The position numbers were made by a program, and so were the translations under genes. 64,000 nt of DNA from Escherichia phage vB_EcoM_SCS4. The notes below the pieces were generated by a model that did not search any database, was not told where the DNA came from, and saw nothing but the letters and a program-made list of their open reading frames with translations. The DNA lies in the sequence record ON506924; one strand, given 5' to 3'. This document shows, piece by piece, positions 62,817 through 64,000 of this stretch (its first letter is position 1; each line of letters starts with the position of its first letter).

Positions 62817-62828
62817 GGGCCGAAGCCC
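62817..62828 (-). terminator. GC hairpin gggcc-gaa-gccc
   Basis: Same hairpin family as 5034-5047 and 23992-24005. Confidence 0.35.
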
Positions 62829-62834
62829 TTTATT

Positions 62835-63062
62835 TTACTTGAATTGTGCAATTCTTTTCTCTAGACATTCAGCATAAGATTTCATTGAGATGAACTGTGA
62901 AAGTAGCAGTTCTTGCTCAACTGCGCTAACTGTTAGAAACTTTGCGCTTTCTAAAAATTTGCTCAGTGCATTAATTTTGAGCATTAATTGATCGTATTCT
63001 TCTTTTACTCGTGCTTGATAACCTAACATAATTTTCCTTAATATGATAAGGGCCGAAGCCAT
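62835..63062 (-). CDS. Hypothetical protein downstream of rIIB
   Basis: 75-aa ORF, stop/start coupled to rIIB. Confidence 0.5.
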   Translation of the reverse strand: MASALIILRKIMLGYQARVKEEYDQLMLKINALSKFLESAKFLTVSAVEQELLLSQFISMKSYAECLEKRIAQFK

Positions 63063-64000
63063 TATTTAAATTGTTCAGTAACGTCTTCAACTACTTCGTA
63101 TTGGCAGGTACGCATTTTAGCATCGTTGTAATCAATCGGAATTGATACTACATCACGCGGATGTACTTTAACTTTTACAACTCGGCTAGTTGAACTACCA
63201 AAGTGACGAATATAAGATTTAGAACACACATGCAGACCGCGAGAACAAGTCTGTGTATCATCGTCATTCACACGAGTACGCGGCATTTTAACTACTTTAC
63301 CCGGACTGTTATCAAAGGTATTTGAGTGACAGTCAAAGTAATTACTACGAACTACTTTCCAAGCATAGAAGTAACCGTCTTCTGTAATTTCAATATCGTT
63401 TGCTACCAAGAAATCAAAAAGTCGAGATACCGCTTTCTGGCTTGGGTTTTCCAGCAGATTTTCCAAGAACGGAAAATAAAATTCAAAGTTTTCGCCTTTT
63501 TCCATCGAGTCAAGAATACGATCAACTAAACCGGACCGCAATTCGATATTTTGATAGAACAAGCTTCCACCTTCAATTCGAACATCGCCGGAAATATATT
63601 TTTCAACAGCGCGACGAACATTAATTTTTTGTGCCGCTTCTTCCAACTTATCCGCTACAAGCAGATTAAGAATTTCCTGGAAGTTTGAATGAGTATTAGG
63701 AGTTGCGTTATAAGTTACGCCGTCAACGGTAATTGAAATGAATTTTTTAGATGCATTCCAAATAATGTCAGATTTAGCAACTGGAGCAATAACTGCATCG
63801 CTATTAACTTTAACTGTAATATCGCCGCTAATAGTAACTTTAGGTCGTTTAGCTTCTTCAGCATTTTTCAAAACACGACGGATTGTGTCCACCGATACAC
63901 CTTGCCAATCAGCCAATTCCTGTTGGGTGTAATTACCACTTGAATACAGTTTGACAATTTCAGCTTGTTCGTTTTTGGTCAGGCATTTAATATTGTACAT
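63062..64000 (-). CDS. rIIB: RIIB rapid-lysis / membrane integrity protein
   Basis: 312-aa ORF whose ATG is the last three bases of the window; T4 rIIB length. Confidence 0.9.
   Translation of the reverse strand: MYNIKCLTKNEQAEIVKLYSSGNYTQQELADWQGVSVDTIRRVLKNAEEAKRPKVTISGDITVKVNSDAVIAPVAKSDIIWNASKKFISITVDGVTYNATPNTHSNFQEILNLLVADKLEEAAQKINVRRAVEKYISGDVRIEGGSLFYQNIELRSGLVDRILDSMEKGENFEFYFPFLENLLENPSQKAVSRLFDFLVANDIEITEDGYFYAWKVVRSNYFDCHSNTFDNSPGKVVKMPRTRVNDDDTQTCSRGLHVCSKSYIRHFGSSTSRVVKVKVHPRDVVSIPIDYNDAKMRTCQYEVVEDVTEQFK

Overview
This window is a contiguous block of a T-even (T4-like, Tequatrovirus-type) myovirus genome, running in T4 gene order from the 3' part of gene 23 (major capsid protein) to a complete rIIB. 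Identification rests on the supplied ORF translations, which match the well-known T4 proteins in sequence motifs, length and synteny; no database search was run. Late structural genes lie on the + strand (23, 24, 51, 27, 28, 29, 48, 54, 34, 35, 36, 37, 38, holin t). Early and middle genes lie on the - strand (rnlB, hoc, inh, uvsY, 25, 26, alt, DNA ligase 30, rIII, 31, cd, pseT, spanins, alc, rnlA, denA, nrdB, nrdA, td with its group I intron and I-TevI, frd, 32, 59, 33, dsbA, rnh, asiA, arn, motA, 52, ac, stp, ndd, denB, rIIB). There are no rRNA or tRNA genes, no CRISPR array, and no integrase or IS element. Regulatory signals that can be read directly include TATAAATA late promoters, a family of GTTTACA-type early promoters, GC-hairpin terminators and the gene 32 leader pseudoknot. 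I did not find an obviously new multi-gene system; the window is mostly canonical. The loci that depart from the T4 layout, in order of interest, are: a 115-aa ORF inserted between frd and td, where T4 has overlapping genes; an in-frame TAG stop inside hoc; a T2-type glycine-rich gp38 adhesin with a gp37 C-terminus resembling an autoproteolytic chaperone domain; an intron-less nrdB beside an intron-containing td; a NADAR-like protein (30.3 position); and duplicated ac-like peptides next to stp. The sequence contains scattered ambiguity codes (N, translated as X), so some calls are limited by sequence quality. The ORF track reports longest ORFs and sometimes begins at TTG or GTG, so several true starts are probably internal ATGs; I adjusted these only where an RBS or known homolog length supported it.
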